Part shown: piece by piece, positions 7,946 to 11,683 of the stretch
Position numbering within the stretch: the stretch's first letter is position 1
How the letters are laid out: each line of letters opens with the position of its first letter
Source: Azolla caroliniana
Lineage: Eukaryota > Plantae > Polypodiophyta
Direction of reading: 5' to 3'
NCBI GenBank assembly: GCA_043228905.1
Contig: JBHGNT010001137.1
Coordinates: 1 to 11,683, forward strand
DNA length: 11,683 nucleotides
Notes under the pieces: generated by a model
The model's database searches: none
What the model was told of the DNA's origin: nothing
What the model saw: only the letters and a program-made list of their open reading frames with translations
Position numbers and translations under genes: made by a program

Positions 7946-7951
7946 AGCAGG

Positions 7952-8431
7952 ATGGGGAAGAGCAAGACCACAGGGAAGCACAGGTTGGATCGGTTCTACC
8001 ATCTCGCCAAAGAGCAGGGGTATCGTTCTCGAGCCGCCTTCAAGCTTGTGCAGCTGGACTCCAAGTTCCGTGTGCTGGCGTCTGCTCGCTCCGTGCTTGA
8101 CCTTTGCGCCGCCCCAGGCGGATGGATGCAGGTAGCCTACAAACACATGCCTGTCGGCAGCCTCATTGTCGGCATCGACCTCGTGCCCATCCGCCCCATT
8201 CGCGGTGCCCTATCCTTACAGGAGGACATCACAACCCCTAAGTGTAAGTCATCCATTCGTAAACTTCTCAAGGAACGCGGCCACACGATGTTCGATGTTG
8301 TTCTCCATGATGGTTCTCCCAATGTTGGTGGTGCTTGGTCTAAGGAAGCCACCTCTCAGGCCTCCCTTGTGCTTGATTCCCTGCGCCTTGCTACGGAGTT
8401 CTTGGCCCCAAAAGGCACTTTTATTACCAAG
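7952..8431 (+). CDS. SPB1: SPB1 coding exon 1
   Basis: ATG at 7952; ends ACC AAG/gttagt. Confidence 0.95.
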
Positions 8432-11053
8432 GTTAGTGACTTCATTTGCTCCTCGTTTTGCTCTTTCTCGCCTTTTTTCTCTGGTGGTCAAATCAATGAA
8501 TATGCTTATATCAAATGTTGTGAAATTGGATGAATCGATAAATTTAATGAAGATTCCACTTTTTTTTTCACCAAGCTTAGAGCTTTGTTTATTTCCTCCT
8601 AAAATTCATCCTTTTTTTGTGGTAAAGTCAATGAATATGCTTATATCAAATGTTGTGAAATTGGATGAATCGATAAATTTAATGAAGATTCCACTTTTTT
8701 GGTACCAAGCGTAGATCTTTGTTTATTTGCTCTTAAAATTCATCCTTCTTTTTGTGGTAAAGTCAACCGCCATATGGACAAGGCTTTGAAATCGGATCCA
8801 CTTGAGATGTTGGTGAGGTTGATGGGTGCCATATCAATGAAGATGAACGTTTTCTAATTAATAAGTATGTAACACTTGGATGAATGGCATATGAGTGAGT
8901 ATCAATGTGATGATTGGAGGAATTAAACATTGATGTTAAAGTCCTGTAGAGGCAAGGTTCTATAAGCTCAAGGTTCATACAATTTACACATATCTATTAT
9001 GATAACGTCTTGTGCTCTATCTTTGTATAAATCTCTTTGCGGAATAGAAATGATTTTTTGCAACCCTTGATTTTATCTTGACATTTTCGTTTTCATTTTA
9101 AAGACATAACCATCACCTTTTATTGGGAAAAGTTGGAACTAGCAAGCTTTGAATGTGTAAATTAATGGAGCTGTTGGGCAGAGTTGTCTGGAACAAACAA
9201 ACCTTGGTTGCGAATTCTCAAGAAAATAAATATTGTTTTCCTTGTGACAATTTTAGGTGTTTCGGTCTCAAGATTATAATTCCTTGCTGTATGCTTTCAA
9301 GCAGGTTAGTGAATATTTCTGTCTTTCGTTAAAAATAGACACTATGTGAAAGACATTGTTAGAATTAATAATGCATGCTTTAAATGTCAGCTCTTTGAGA
9401 AAGTAGAGGTGACAAAACCTGTAGCCAGTCGATCCACATCAGCTGAAATCTATGTGGTCTGTTTGCGGTATCGTGCTCCTGCCAAAATTGATCCTCGTCT
9501 CTTGGATGTTAAACATCTCTTTCAAGAAATTGTAGAGCCTCCGAAGGTAAGTTTGTAACATTTCATTAAATATGCTAGATTGCATGTGAGGCTTAGGGGA
9601 TTGTATTAATATTCTTTTGTAGGTGGTTGATGTATTGAGAGGCACCAAGCAGAAGCGTCATCGTGAAGGGTTAGTATTTCTTTTCTAATTCTGGGGTATT
9701 CCAAAAACTTAAATCCATGGATGACTGTTGTCTATAAATTTTGTTCTTTCAAAAATATCAATCCATGGAAAAAATGCAGCTATGAAGAAGGGAATACGAC
9801 ACTCCGAAAAGAAGCTCTAGCCTCAGATTTTATATGGACTGAGAAGCCTTTGGAATTATTGGGAACAATTACTTCAATAGGATTCAATAATCCTGGTTGT
9901 GCCACCATAAAAGATCATGAGCTTACAACAGATGAAGTATGCCCATTGTTCAGACTTTTACTTTCTGGTTTACCATATACAATCCTCTGTATTTTGGTTT
10001 TGAATTCTTATGTTCATATTCCAGGTAAAATTGCTATGCGAAGATCTTCGGGTTTTGGGAAAACAGGACTTCAAGCATCTCCTCAAGTAGGTCTTTTTAC
10101 TCTCTATAGAAATGCCTATTTGTTCAGGATTTCTCATACTTGCATGTGATGGCTATATACTATTTCTTGTTTCAGGTGGAGGTTAGCTATCCGGAAAGAC
10201 CTCTCTGAGAAGCGAAGTGCAGCATCTCAGAAAGAAGAGTCAGGGGAGGATTTACCAGCTAAAGATGAAGATGAGGATATTTTAAATGAAATGTCTGAGC
10301 TTAAAGACATTATGGATGCAAAGAAAAAGAGAGAGAAGAAAGCAACTGCAAAGCGAAAAGCAAAGGTTTGTATGCTTGTTTGTTTTACATATTGCATATC
10401 TTTCTCTATTTGACTCTTCGTCTCCTCTCTCTCACACACAGACTGAGCATGTATTCCATTTGCTTTTTTACCATTTTATTTGACCTGCCATGGCCACCCA
10501 TGCGAAAGTTGATAATTCTGTATTTGTTGAACAGGCCATCTAAATGTATTTGAATTATGGATTTTATTTCGATTGATCTCCTTGATTTGCTCATTGCCTC
10601 ATTTTAATTAATTATCCTTATCTTCTTTTTTGGCTTGTTTTTCTCTATTTCTACCAAAGCTTCTTCTGATTTTCATCATTCATTTCTCCTATTTCTCATT
10701 AATGGATAGAATTTCATAATTTCTTTTTATTTTTATTTTCAAGGTTCTTTTACCATTTCTTTACCCATTTGTGTTTATATTAATGCTTTTATATTTTGAT
10801 TTGTTCGTAAATTATGGCCAAGTACATACAAGGTTACACATGATTGTAGTTTCTTCCATTTTACAAATTCATTCGTTTAATTTTATCTTGTTTCTTCATC
10901 AATTTGCATATTCTCTTTGATGATCAGACTATATATGGATGTCTTGATTCTGATATTTAACAGGCAAAAACTCGTAGCGCAACAGGAATGCAAGTTGATG
11001 TCATGGAGGATGGTTATTCAGAAGGGGGATTGTTTTCTTTAACATCTATCAAG
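7952..11053 (+). CDS. SPB1: AdoMet-dependent large-subunit rRNA 2'-O-methyltransferase (Spb1/FTSJ3, FtsJ/RrmJ family), 3'-partial: join(7952..8431,9257..9304,9391..9546,9623..9669,9780..9936,10025..10086,10176..10365,10964..11053)
   Basis: [35 protein letters not shown]-binding [13 protein letters not shown] tetrad (AFKL, LHDG, ITKV, SAEIY), followed by Spb1-type [34 protein letters not shown]. All introns GT-AG with consistent phases (0,0,0,2,0,2,0); 1230 nt, 410 codons, no stop. Confidence 0.95.
8484..8766. repeat. 135-bp tandem duplication in SPB1 intron 1 (about 2.1 copies)
   Basis: GTGGT.AA.TCAA at 8484, 8619 and 8754, with a long identical block TCAATGAATATGCTTATATCAAATG...GATTCCACTTTTTT in the two full copies. 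Confidence 0.95.
9257..9304 (+). CDS. SPB1: SPB1 exon 2 ([16 protein letters not shown])
   Basis: ttttag/GTG ... CAG/gttagt. Confidence 0.92.
9391..9546 (+). CDS. SPB1: SPB1 exon 3 ([21 protein letters not shown]...EPPK)
   Basis: gtcag/CTC ... AAG/gtaagt. Confidence 0.93.
9623..9669 (+). CDS. SPB1: SPB1 exon 4 ([16 protein letters not shown])
   Basis: ttgtag/GTG ... GAA GG/gttagt, phase 2. Confidence 0.9.
9780..9936 (+). CDS. SPB1: SPB1 exon 5 ([10 protein letters not shown]...HELTTDE)
   Basis: tgcag/C TAT ... GAA/gtatgc. Confidence 0.9.
10025..10086 (+). CDS. SPB1: SPB1 exon 6 ([21 protein letters not shown])
   Basis: ttccag/GTA ... CTC AA/gtaggt, phase 2. Confidence 0.9.
10176..10365 (+). 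CDS. SPB1: SPB1 exon 7 (WRLAIRKDL...KRKAK)
   Basis: tttcag/G TGG ... AAG/gtttgt. Confidence 0.9.
10964..11053 (+). CDS. SPB1: SPB1 exon 8 ([30 protein letters not shown])
   Basis: aacag/GCA ... AAG/gtatat. The next exon was not found in the window. Confidence 0.85.
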
Positions 11054-11683
11054 GTATATTTATTCAGAAGCTTTCTGCCTCAATACATTTCATTTTTTTC
11101 TTGCTAATTCCTATCTAGAACTTCCAACATGTGCACTCATGATTCCATGAACGCAAATGTGAAATAATTGTTACCTTGGTATATAAGCATCCCTATAACA
11201 ACTACGAGGTAATTGTAATATTAGTATAAAGGTAAAAAATCAATACTGCAATTGAATGAAGTTTGGCGTTTTTTATTTTAATAGTCTCTTTATTGACTCA
11301 AATAGTTTTGAGAACTGTATAAAAAGAGTTTGAGGGAAAGGTAGATGCATAGGAACCAGTGAGCAGGTATATTTTGAAAATGGTGAAATAGAATTTTGAT
11401 CCCAAAGAATTGGAGGAATTGCAAGCTCTACATTAATGAAGGGGTGGAGGGGGAATTAGATGAGGATGTGAACTTGTATGGTTCTGGCAATTAAATGAAT
11501 AAATATGTTGAATAGTTTAGATCACATCCTTAGCCATGATGAGTGAAGAGAGGAGAAGAAAGAAGGAGAAGCAGACGTGGATGGAGAGGGAGTTATTGTT
11601 GGAGTCTTTTTGTGAATATAAAGAAATGCCATTTGCAGATACAGTCGAAATGGCTTTGTGTCTTTAGCTGTGGGAAAATGCAT

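Noticed and set aside
7907-7951. N-terminal extension of SPB1 from GTG at 7907, and read-through to 8533
   Set aside because: The extension is GA microsatellite; homology starts at ATG 7952 and a GT donor follows 8431.
11054-11683. A further SPB1 exon in the purine-rich tail
   Set aside because: No AG-bounded open frame with Spb1-like sequence was found; treated as intron 8.

Overview
Land-plant nuclear DNA; no prokaryotic features are visible. Left two thirds (1-7441) is a decayed LTR-retrotransposon cluster. It holds two degenerate minus-strand Ty1/copia pol remnants: element A (1-970) and element B (971-2009 plus 4544-~6725). Element B is split inside its RT by a 2.5-kb non-coding insertion (2010-4543) with TG...CA ends and a 4-bp target-site duplication (TSD). 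A 585-bp copia-type solo LTR follows at 6857-7441. The insertion is the most unusual feature. It has a near-perfect tRNA-Trp primer-binding site (PBS), two PPT-TGT junctions each preceded by the same short hairpin block, and three LTR-like modules with separate TATA boxes. The modules share only their 5' termini and, for two of them, the U5 end. It also carries a 111-bp hairpin-core repeat and a telomere-motif repeat. Right third: the first 8 coding exons (410 codons) of an apparently intact SPB1/FTSJ3-type rRNA 2'-O-methyltransferase gene on the + strand, running off the window.
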